Positions 1 through 6,832 are shown, counted from the first letter of the stretch. The stretch is DNA of 10,423 nucleotides from Candidatus Sericytochromatia bacterium (GCA_035285125.1 JAYKHR010000035.1:1-10423), one strand, 5' to 3'. Program-made: numbers and translations. The notes: generated from the sequence alone by a model not told the origin.

Positions 1-845
1 GCCTCCGCCAGCGCGCGCAGGTGCTCGAAGGTGCTCGTGCCGTCGGGCAGGTGCTCCGCCGGGTAGCGGTAGCGCAGCTGGTCGAGCGAGAAGCGGCAGC
101 GGGCGGCGACCTCGTGGGTGCGGGCGAGCGCCGCGGGGTCGTCGGCGAAGCGGGCTGCGAGCGCCGCCGGGGCGAGCAGCCCATGCTCCGCGTTGGCCGC
201 GAGGCGGCTGCCCGCGGCCTGCAGCGGCAGGCCATGGCGCAGGCATGTCAGCACGTCTTGCAGGGGTGCCCGGGCCGGGTCGTGGTAGCGCACCTCCGTG
301 CCCGCCACGATCGGCAGCCCCCAGCGGGCGGCTCGCTCCCGCGTGCGGGCCTCGTCCCGCGCGTCGCGGGGCAGCAGGTGGCGCGTCACGAGGGCGAAGA
401 GGCGATCGCCGAAGGCCTCGCGCAGCAGCGCCGCCTCGTGCACCGGCGGCGCCTCGGCCAGCAGCCGTGAGCCCGGCCCCCCCCAGATCGCCATGAGCCC
501 CTCCGCATGCGCCGCCACCTGCGCGTAGCTCACGCGGCTCTGCCCCTTGGGCGCCTCGCGCCGGCCGGCCGTGAGCAGCCGACACAGGTGTCCCCAGCCC
601 CCGCGATCCGCCGCGAGCACCACCAGCCGGGTGGCGTCCTCCAGCGTCACCTCGGCGCCGAGCAGCAGCGGCAGCCCGAGCTCGCGGGCCCGCCGGTGGG
701 CCCGCACCACCCCGTACACGCCGTCGCGGTCCGTGAGCGCGAGCCCCGGCAAGCCGAGGGCCGCGGCGGCCTCGACCAGCTCCTCGGGGTGGCTGGCCCC
801 CTCGAGGAAGGAGTAGTTGCTCTTGCACCAGAGGGGCACGCCCAT
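1..845 (-). CDS. dnaE2: Error-prone DNA polymerase III alpha subunit DnaE2 (ImuC), N-terminal PHP domain; partial, continues past the left edge
   Basis: Manual translation from ATG at 845: MGVPLWCKSNYSFLEGASHPEELVEAAAALGLPGLALTDRDGVYGVVRAH...LLLGAEV...GWGHLCRLLT...EVRYH...LQDVLTCLRHG...ANAEHGL...EVAARCRFSLDQLRYRYPAE. The frame stays open to position 1. These are DnaE2-type motifs (SxYSFLxGASHPEELV, LALTD, LQDVLT, FSLDxLRYxYP), and the gene lies next to lexA-imuA-imuB. Confidence 0.96.
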   Translation of the reverse strand, partial: MGVPLWCKSNYSFLEGASHPEELVEAAAALGLPGLALTDRDGVYGVVRAHRRARELGLPLLLGAEVTLEDATRLVVLAADRGGWGHLCRLLTAGRREAPKGQSRVSYAQVAAHAEGLMAIWGGPGSRLLAEAPPVHEAALLREAFGDRLFALVTRHLLPRDARDEARTRERAARWGLPIVAGTEVRYHDPARAPLQDVLTCLRHGLPLQAAGSRLAANAEHGLLAPAALAARFADDPAALARTHEVAARCRFSLDQLRYRYPAEHLPDGTSTFEHLRALAE

Positions 846-851
846 GGGACA

Positions 852-880
852 ATCTTGACAGACGAATGTCTGCAGTTCAA
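852..880 (-). promoter_or_regulatory. Putative sigma70-type promoter for dnaE2, likely leaderless
   Basis: Minus strand reads TTGAAC (880-875), a 17 bp spacer, then an extended -10 TGt-CAAGAT (-10 at 857-852), 6 nt, and ATG (845). There is no Shine-Dalgarno sequence. It sits in a locally AT-rich patch. Confidence 0.65.
859..873. promoter_or_regulatory. Candidate LexA operator CAGAC-N4-GTCTG in the dnaE2 promoter spacer
   Basis: Plus strand CAGAC gaat GTCTG (859-872) is a perfect 5 bp inverted repeat between the -35 and -10. The same core occurs upstream of lexA. Confidence 0.75.
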
Positions 881-1044
881 GCCCGGGGCGCCTTGCCTCG
901 GTCGGGTGGCATGGGCTGTCGTGCGAGGCCGGCGGAGCCCCCTTGCGCAGGTGGCTGTCACAAGCCCCGAGGCTGCGGGTACAAGCGGCAGAGAAGGGGC
1001 CCTTCGTGGGCCTTCCGTCCGATCGCCTCGAGGTCCAGCCACCC

Positions 1045-1653
1045 ATGCGCCAGCCCACGGCCCGTCCCGGCTTCACCCTGATCGAGCTGATGATGGTGGT
1101 GGTGATCATCGGCCTGCTCGCTGCGATCGGGGTGCCAGCGCTGCAAGATGCCCAGGACAAGTCGCGCAACGCGGCGATGATCACCAACATCAAGACGCTG
1201 CAGCTCGCCCTTGCGCAGTACGCCTCCGACAACAACGGCAGCTACCCGCCCAGCCCTGACGAGACCACGACGGGCGTCACCAGCTTCTCGGCCAACGGCC
1301 TCAAGCTGATGATCTACCTGACGGGGGGCCGGTACCCACTGAGCCCCTGGACCAGCGTGCCCCAGATGTCGCTGCTGCCCACCGGCGGCGCGCCGCTGCC
1401 CAAGGCGACCGAGGTGCAGGACAACGCGGCGCTGGATCTCAAGGGCACGGAGATCGGCAACGGCGTCAACCCCGGCGTGCTCAAGGTGGCGCCCACGTTG
1501 CGGACGCACTACGGGGCGCTGATGTACAGCCGCGACCCCGACCGTCAGATCACGCTGCTGTTTGGCGTCGGCAAGAAGAAGAGCAAGGCCATCATCGCCG
1601 CCTTCTCGACGGGCGACTCGGGCACCGCCGGGGGCGACACGGGCACGAACTAG
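1045..1653 (+). CDS. Type IV pilin / type II secretion pseudopilin (prepilin N-terminal methylation domain), 202 aa
   Basis: MRQPTARPG^FTLIELMMVVVIIGLLAAIGVP is a class III signal with G|F cleavage site, Glu5 and a hydrophobic helix, followed by the GspG/PilE-like segment NIKTLQLALAQYASDNNGSYP. GAGGT at 1030-1034 precedes ATG 1045, so this start is preferred to 943. Confidence 0.92.
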   Translation: MRQPTARPGFTLIELMMVVVIIGLLAAIGVPALQDAQDKSRNAAMITNIKTLQLALAQYASDNNGSYPPSPDETTTGVTSFSANGLKLMIYLTGGRYPLSPWTSVPQMSLLPTGGAPLPKATEVQDNAALDLKGTEIGNGVNPGVLKVAPTLRTHYGALMYSRDPDRQITLLFGVGKKKSKAIIAAFSTGDSGTAGGDTGTN

Positions 1654-3146
1654 GCCAGCGTCGCCTGCAAGAACCACCCGCCGCGCCGTGTGTTCTCGAA
1701 GATCCAGAGCAGCCGCCCGTCGGCCAGCGCGACGTAGTGGTAGTCGCGGCCCAGGGGGTGGCGCCACCACCCCCCCGTGAGCCGGAAGGGCCCGCTGGCC
1801 CGCACGACCACGCCGCCCTCGGCGCCGAGCGGGGCCCAGCCCAGCAGGCCAGGCGGCGGCGCGGGGCCCTGCAGCCGCCGGGGGCGGGGCAGCAGCACGC
1901 GGGCCAGCGTCGGGGCCGTGGGCCTGGTCGGGGCGGCGGCAGGGAGCTGGGCGAGGGGCTCCCACCGCCACATGTGCTCGGGCGTGTGGCGGTCGACGAG
2001 CCGGGCGCAGCCCACCGCGGCCTCTCCGAAGGCCGCCCGCAGCCTGGCGAAGGCGCGCGCGGCCGCCGCGGGATCCCGCCGCGGGGCCCGGCTCCAGGCC
2101 TCCAGCTGGCCCTCGGCCAGGGGCCCGGGCTCGGCCTCCAGCGTGAACCCGAAGGCGGGCGCGTGCCAGGCGCGGGCCTCCAGCCGCAGCCGCACGAGCT
2201 CCATCACGGAGGTGGAGGACAAGGCGGGGGTCGCCGGCCGCAGCAGCTCCTCGCCGACGGCCAGGCCATCGGCGTCTCGGGGCACCAGCCGCAGGGCCGC
2301 GAGGCCCAGCCCCCGGGCGGCCAGCCTGGCGAGCAGCTTGTCCACGGCCGGCTTCAGGGCAAAGACCAGGCGGCCGAGGTCCCGCTCGCCATGGGGCCAG
2401 GCGAGCTGCTCGGCGAACGCCTCGGGCGGGCGCCGGGGCTGGAGCGGCAGCGCCTCCTCGTCGGTGGCGAGGCGCCAGGCCTCTCGCACGGCGGGGCCGA
2501 AGCGCTGGGCGAGCCCTGCCGGGGGCAGCGCCAGCAGCTCGGCCAGGCGGGACACGCCGAGCTGCTGCAGCGCGTCTCGCTCGGCAGGGGGGAGCGCCAG
2601 CGCCTCGATGGGGACCTCCGCGAGGGCGGCGCGCTCAGCCTCTGGCGTCGCCAGCACCGTCACGCCCTCGCCCCGGAGGGTCCGCACCAGGGCCCATGTC
2701 GCGAAGCGGCGGAACCCCACGACGACCCCGGCCTGCAGCCCCTGACCCTGCATGGCCGTTCGCGCCGCCTCGGCCCAGGCCTCCAGCGAGGGGTGGAGGT
2801 AGCCGAGGCCGCCTGCGTCGAGCCAGCAGACGCCCGGGCTGCCCGGGTGGGGCTCCAGCGTCGGGCTGAAGGCCGCCAGCGCCTCGCGCATCGCCTGCTC
2901 GGCCTCGGCGAGCGCGGCGGGCGCCACCACGCCAGCCCTCAGGGCGGGTAGGCGGTCGAGCGCCGTGCCGTAGCGCTCGCCGGGCCGCAGGCCTGCGGCC
3001 CGGGCACGGGCGTTGACCTCGAGGATGGGGGCGAGGGGGCGATCAGCCTCGACGAGGGCGACGGGGTGCTGCCGCCAGCCCGGTTGCTCGCGCAGCAGCA
3101 GCTGCAGCGCGAGGGACGGGACCTCAACACAGGCCATCCGGGCCAT
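1650..3146 (-). CDS. imuB: ImuB, catalytically inactive Y-family polymerase-like mutasome scaffold, 498 aa
   Basis: Y-family features (EVNARARAAGLRPG, AFSPTLE, LQQLGVSRLAELLALP) without the catalytic acidic residues (ACVEVPSL; GVCWLDA where active enzymes have DEAFLD). ImuB-type C-terminus GPFRLTGGWW...RDYHYV...GRLLWIF...WFLQ. Possible clamp-binding motif QLEAW. SD GGAGGT at 3160-3155, 8 nt before ATG 3146. Overlaps the imuA stop by 23 bp. Confidence 0.93.
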   Translation of the reverse strand: MARMACVEVPSLALQLLLREQPGWRQHPVALVEADRPLAPILEVNARARAAGLRPGERYGTALDRLPALRAGVVAPAALAEAEQAMREALAAFSPTLEPHPGSPGVCWLDAGGLGYLHPSLEAWAEAARTAMQGQGLQAGVVVGFRRFATWALVRTLRGEGVTVLATPEAERAALAEVPIEALALPPAERDALQQLGVSRLAELLALPPAGLAQRFGPAVREAWRLATDEEALPLQPRRPPEAFAEQLAWPHGERDLGRLVFALKPAVDKLLARLAARGLGLAALRLVPRDADGLAVGEELLRPATPALSSTSVMELVRLRLEARAWHAPAFGFTLEAEPGPLAEGQLEAWSRAPRRDPAAAARAFARLRAAFGEAAVGCARLVDRHTPEHMWRWEPLAQLPAAAPTRPTAPTLARVLLPRPRRLQGPAPPPGLLGWAPLGAEGGVVVRASGPFRLTGGWWRHPLGRDYHYVALADGRLLWIFENTRRGGWFLQATLA

Positions 3147-3738
3147 CGAAGACCACCTCCTCACGCCAGCCCGGGCCTGCCCGGCGATCCTTCAGGGCCC
3201 GCACCTCGCAGCGGTAGCGGCCCGGCGCCTCGCGGCGCCAGCTGGCCTCCAGCCTGGCGGAGACCAGGGGCCCCCACCCGGCCGCCCCGACGAGGCACAC
3301 AAGGGCGGTCCCATGGGCCTGCGCCAGCCCCACCAGCCGGGAGACGACATGGCCCGAGGGCGCGGGGGCCCCCTCCCAGTCGAGCACCAGGAGCCCGAAG
3401 GCCCCCGAGCGCAGCAGCAGGTCGGTGGCGCGCAGCCGGGCCACCGGCTCCGCCAGCCGGACCACCGGCAGCGCCGCCAGGTCGATGCCGCCAGCGGCGG
3501 CGTCTGGCGGAAAGAACACCCGGTCGCCGGGTGCCAGCCAGGCCGCAGGCTCCCCCACGCGCTGGGCCTGCCAGACGAGGCGCAGGGCCCAGGCATGGGC
3601 GCCTTGCCCCGCGCGCAGCTCCGTGAGGCGGCCCTGCAGCGTGGCGAGGTCGAGGGTGGGGGTGGTGGCCGCCTGGGGCAGGAAGCAGCGGGCGGGCGAC
3701 ACACCCGACACGGCCGGGTGACGAGCGACGAGGGTCAT
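3124..3738 (-). CDS. imuA: ImuA-like truncated RecA-fold protein, 204 aa
   Basis: GRLTEL...QAQRVGEPAAWL...FFPPDAAAGGIDLAALPVVR...LRATDLLLRSGAFGLLVLD aligns by eye with the RecA core (GRIVEI...AAFID...GVD...LVRSGAVDLIVVD) but has no Walker A GKT. It lies between lexA and imuB. Confidence 0.88.
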   Translation of the reverse strand: MTLVARHPAVSGVSPARCFLPQAATTPTLDLATLQGRLTELRAGQGAHAWALRLVWQAQRVGEPAAWLAPGDRVFFPPDAAAGGIDLAALPVVRLAEPVARLRATDLLLRSGAFGLLVLDWEGAPAPSGHVVSRLVGLAQAHGTALVCLVGAAGWGPLVSARLEASWRREAPGRYRCEVRALKDRRAGPGWREEVVFDGPDGLC

Positions 3739-3792
3739 CGAGGGGGCCTCTCGCGGTGGGGGGGCTGGTCGGGGCCGGTCGCCTGGCCTTGC

Positions 3793-4410
3793 TCAGCCCG
3801 GCGACAAGTAGCGGCGCACCTCGACCACCTTGCCGAGGATCGCGAAGGCGTCCTGGGGGCCCACCTGGATGGGGGGGTAGGCGGGGTTCTCGGCCAGCAG
3901 CACCGGGCGTCCCTGGCGCAGCTTGAAGCGCTTGACGGTGGCCTCGTCGCCCAGGCGGGCCACCACGATGTCGCCAGGCAGCGCCTCGGGCTGCTGGCGG
4001 GCGATCACGAGGTCGCCCTCGAGGATGCCCGCCCCCACCATGCTGTCGCCGCGGACGAGCAGGGCGAACAGCCCTGCTGCGCCTCCGAGGCGGGCCGGAT
4101 CGACGAGCACGCTGCCTTCCGGCGAGGCGATCGCCTCGCTGAGCGGGCCGGCCCGGACGCGCCCGAGCACGGGCACGGCCAGGCCCCGCCCGACGGCCTC
4201 CCCGGTGGGGCGCACCGAGCGCGCCTTGCCGGCCTCTCGGGTGAGCGCGCCCTCGGCGACGAGGCGCTCGAGGTGCGCCTGGACGGTCTGGACGGCCCTG
4301 AAGCCGAAGGCGGCCTGGATCTCGCGCACGGTGGGGGGCTGCCCCTCCCGCGTCCGCTCCTGGACGAAGGCGAGGATGGCCTGGCGGGTCTGGCCGCGGG
4401 GACCGGGCAT
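3793..4410 (-). CDS. lexA: Transcriptional repressor LexA, 205 aa
   Basis: Winged HTH (PPTVREIQAAFGF...HLERLVAEGALTR...ARS), cleavage site LGRVRA87|G88, catalytic Ser123 (VRGDSM) and Lys160 (EATVKR), then LLAENPAY and ILGKVV. SD GGAGGT at 4424-4419. Confidence 0.97.
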   Translation of the reverse strand: MPGPRGQTRQAILAFVQERTREGQPPTVREIQAAFGFRAVQTVQAHLERLVAEGALTREAGKARSVRPTGEAVGRGLAVPVLGRVRAGPLSEAIASPEGSVLVDPARLGGAAGLFALLVRGDSMVGAGILEGDLVIARQQPEALPGDIVVARLGDEATVKRFKLRQGRPVLLAENPAYPPIQVGPQDAFAILGKVVEVRRYLSPG

Positions 4411-4430
4411 CGGGAAGCACCTCCAGGTTC

Positions 4431-4459
4431 AGCCTAGCAGGCTGGGCTTTTTAAATCAA
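4431..4459 (-). promoter_or_regulatory. Putative sigma70-type promoter of the lexA-imuA-imuB operon
   Basis: Minus strand TTGATT (4459-4454), a 17 bp spacer, then TGc-TAGGCT (-10 at 4436-4431). An A7 tract upstream (4473-4479) resembles an UP element, and the SD and ATG follow downstream. Confidence 0.7.
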
Positions 4460-4472
4460 GACAGGCGTCTGC
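4459..4472. promoter_or_regulatory. Candidate LexA operator AGAC-N4-GTCT overlapping the lexA -35
   Basis: Plus strand AGAC aggc GTCT (4459-4470). On the coding strand it reads GCAGAC gcct GTCT, against GCAGAC attc GTCT at dnaE2. Confidence 0.75.
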
Positions 4473-4563
4473 TTTTTTTGGGGCCAGCCAGCCCTGCGGC
4501 AGGCAGGCCCCTCGCGGGGATGCTGCCAGCCCGGTATGCTGGTGGCCCCACGAGGTGCCCCGG

Positions 4564-5295
4564 ATGCGTCGCCCTTCCCTGCTGCTGGCCGTGGGCCTCC
4601 TGTCGGCTGCCCCCCTGGCCGACGAGGCCCTGGCGGCGGCCGTGCCACCCCTGCTGCAGCGCGCCGCCGACCGCTACGCGGAAGACGTCCGGGGCATCGT
4701 CGCCCAGCTGGAGGAGGCCGAGACCCACGTGAAGGGGCCGCTGGTCGACCGTCACGCCCGCACGCGCGCCTGGATCGTCTCGCGCGACGGGCTGCCGGTG
4801 CAGGCGCGGGTGCTGACGTACAGGCTCGGCGACGCCCTCGACGAGAAGGAGCGCCAGCGGCTCGAGCGCCAGATCAACGAGAGGTACAAGACCCGCGAGC
4901 GCGAGTTCCAGCCGCCCTATGCCCAGGCCCACCTCGACGCCTACCGCTTCGCCGAGGCGGGCTGCGAGGGCTGTCCGGCTGGCGGGCGGCGCTTCACCTT
5001 CCAAAGCGTGCCCCGCGACGAGCGCCATGGGGACGGCACGCTGGACCTCGATGCCGAGGGCCACGTGCGGCGGGTGAGCTACGTGCCCGCCCGGCTTCCG
5101 GCCGCAGCGGCCCGGGCCGGCATCGAGCTGGTGCGGGGGCCCGTCGGGCCCGGCCTGTGGGGCCGGGAGCGCCTTTCCATCACGTTCGAGGGAGGCCTGG
5201 GGCCCTTGCAAGGCTCCTTCCGGCTCTCCCAGCGGGTCTCGCAGCACCGCCGCTTCCCGACCGTCGAGGCGGCCCTGGCCGCCACGCCGCGCTGA
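4564..5295 (+). CDS. Secreted hypothetical protein, beta-strand rich, 243 aa
   Basis: Sec-type signal MRRPSLLLAVGLLSAAPLADEALA. GAGGT at 4552-4556 lies 7 nt before ATG 4564. Third positions are strongly GC-biased. Contains CEGC and several alternating-pattern strands. A possible -10 TATGCT is at 4535-4540. Confidence 0.8.
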   Translation: MRRPSLLLAVGLLSAAPLADEALAAAVPPLLQRAADRYAEDVRGIVAQLEEAETHVKGPLVDRHARTRAWIVSRDGLPVQARVLTYRLGDALDEKERQRLERQINERYKTREREFQPPYAQAHLDAYRFAEAGCEGCPAGGRRFTFQSVPRDERHGDGTLDLDAEGHVRRVSYVPARLPAAAARAGIELVRGPVGPGLWGRERLSITFEGGLGPLQGSFRLSQRVSQHRRFPTVEAALAATPR

Positions 5296-5304
5296 AGGGT
5301 GCGC

Positions 5305-5925
5305 TCAGTCGGCCGCCACGACGGTGGCGTTGAGCGTCTTCTGGTCGATGCGCAGGCCCACCGTCCAGCCTGTCTGGTCCAGGTGCATCGGGAGCAGCAG
5401 CGCCCCGGCCACCAGCGACGCGTGCCAGCCCGTCAGCCCCGGCACTGGCAGGCCGAGGGCGACGCTCGGCTCAAGGAGCAACTGCTGCCCGAGGTCGCTC
5501 GGGGAGCAGTCCTGCAGGCTGGTGGTGGCACCAACGAGCAGCGTCGTGTCGTAGGAGAGTGGCCCCAGGGTTCCCTCGTGCCCAGCCTGCACGCCCATGT
5601 AGCCGAAGACGGGCGAGAGGCGGCTGCCGATGAAGGGCAAGGTGCCGTAGAACATCGGGCCTGCGTAGAGCGAGCGGTTCTGGCTGAAGTAGCGGACGGC
5701 GCGGGCGCCATACAGCATGCCCGCAAACCGATCCAGGCTGACGTACTTGACCTCGGGCCCGCTCTTGTCGTAGGTCTGCACGAACGGGGCGCCAGGGGCC
5801 GCTTGCGGGGCGTCGGCCGCCTGGAAGTTCTGCTCCATCGACAGGGCGGCGCAGCCGGCGAGGTGGACGGCCGCGAGCAGGCCGCAGGAGGGTTGCGCCA
5901 GTCGCATCGGATTCGATGTACCCAC
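5305..5925 (-). CDS. Putative lipoprotein with a small outer-membrane beta-barrel-like domain (start at GTG 5925 or ATG 5907)
   Basis: Lipobox-like LAG^C, followed by amphipathic strands (YGARAVRYF, LYAGPMFYG, GYMGVQAGHEG, SYDTTLLVG, LLEPSVALGL, HASLVAGALL, GWTVGLRID). Confidence 0.72.
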   Translation of the reverse strand: MGTSNPMRLAQPSCGLLAAVHLAGCAALSMEQNFQAADAPQAAPGAPFVQTYDKSGPEVKYVSLDRFAGMLYGARAVRYFSQNRSLYAGPMFYGTLPFIGSRLSPVFGYMGVQAGHEGTLGPLSYDTTLLVGATTSLQDCSPSDLGQQLLLEPSVALGLPVPGLTGWHASLVAGALLLPMHLDQTGWTVGLRIDQKTLNATVVAAD

Positions 5926-5947
5926 CGACCGCCACCCCCTCTCGGTC

Positions 5948-6832
5948 TCAGGCCATCAGCGCCTCGGGGCCCCAGCCGAACAGCGGCATGAGGTCGCGCA
6001 CCACCCGCTTGGCCGTGTCGTCCGCATGGATCTCCCGGCCGCTCAGCCTGTAGGCCAGGAAGTTCGCCTCGGGCGTCACCGTGCCCTGGTCGTACCAGTA
6101 CAGCGCCAGGCTGCGCTCGGTCGGCGTCAGCTTGCGAGGCGCGTACAGGAGGCGCTGCACGAGCAGGTGCTGGAGGTGGTGGGCCTGCTCGTGCACGACA
6201 GTGTTCACCACCCCAGCGGCCGAGCCTGCCAGCAGCCTCGACGACAGGCAGACGACGCGTTCGGCGTCCCGGTAGAGGCCCAGGTGCGGGCCCAGGTCTC
6301 CGATCAGGGCCAGGGGCGCCGGTTTGAAGGCCAGGGCCTCGCCCAGCAGCCCCGAGAGCTCTCGGAACACCACGTGCAGGCGGGCGAGGTTGCCCCGGTC
6401 GGTTGGCTGCCAGGCGTCGAGGGCCCCGAACAGCGCCAGATCGTGCAGGACCCGGCTGGCGAGCGGGGCCAGGCTCGGCCCGTACGCCGCCTCGAGCAGG
6501 GCGCGCAGGGCGCCCAGGCTCGGCGGTCGCGTCCCGGGCTCGTAGCCGTGGCGGGTGAACACCGCGCGTGGCAGCGCCAGCCCGGGTGCCACCCAGGGGA
6601 GTGGGCCCGCGGCAGGGCGGGCGGCCTCCTCGGCGGGGGCCTGCCCGATCCGCGCGGCCTCCCCGTGGTCGGCCTGCTCCACCCGCGCGGCCTCCCAGGT
6701 CCAGCTGGCCTCGGCGAGCAGCTCCCGCCGCCAGTCCGGCGCGCGCTCTGAGACCTGTTCGGGGGCTACCGCGGGGACCTCCGGGGGAGGCCCGACCAGC
6801 GTCCGCAGCTGCCGCAGCCAGGCCCACATCAC
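5948..6832 (-). CDS. HEXXH zinc metallopeptidase-like protein (zincin), about 293 aa
   Basis: HLGLY...VVCLS...VVNTVVHEQAHHLQ (HEQAH at 6193-6179), with a likely third ligand Glu in AYRLSGREIHA. The GTGATG start overlaps the TGA of the upstream gene. Confidence 0.8.
   Translation of the reverse strand: MMWAWLRQLRTLVGPPPEVPAVAPEQVSERAPDWRRELLAEASWTWEAARVEQADHGEAARIGQAPAEEAARPAAGPLPWVAPGLALPRAVFTRHGYEPGTRPPSLGALRALLEAAYGPSLAPLASRVLHDLALFGALDAWQPTDRGNLARLHVVFRELSGLLGEALAFKPAPLALIGDLGPHLGLYRDAERVVCLSSRLLAGSAAGVVNTVVHEQAHHLQHLLVQRLLYAPRKLTPTERSLALYWYDQGTVTPEANFLAYRLSGREIHADDTAKRVVRDLMPLFGWGPEALMA

Noticed and set aside
943..1044. Longer N-terminus for the pilin as given in the ORF track
   Set aside because: ATG 1045 has an SD and gives a typical short basic prepilin leader.
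21..1259. Plus-strand ORFs 21-470, 245-496, 298-528, 507-1259 and 547-816
   Set aside because: They are antisense shadows of dnaE2 in high-GC DNA, with Arg/Ala/Pro/Gly-rich translations and no recognisable motifs.
1650..3146. Calling this gene an active DinB/Pol IV
   Set aside because: The catalytic Asp/Glu motifs are absent and the ImuB-specific C-terminal motif is present.
3124..3738. Calling this gene recA
   Set aside because: It is only 204 aa, has no Walker A GKT and lacks the RecA C-terminal regions. Its context indicates ImuA.
1737..4732. Long ORFs 1737-2951, 1777-2745, 3013-4437, 3161-4420 and 3923-4732
   Set aside because: They overlap the well-supported imuB, imuA and lexA genes and reflect the scarcity of stop codons at high GC.
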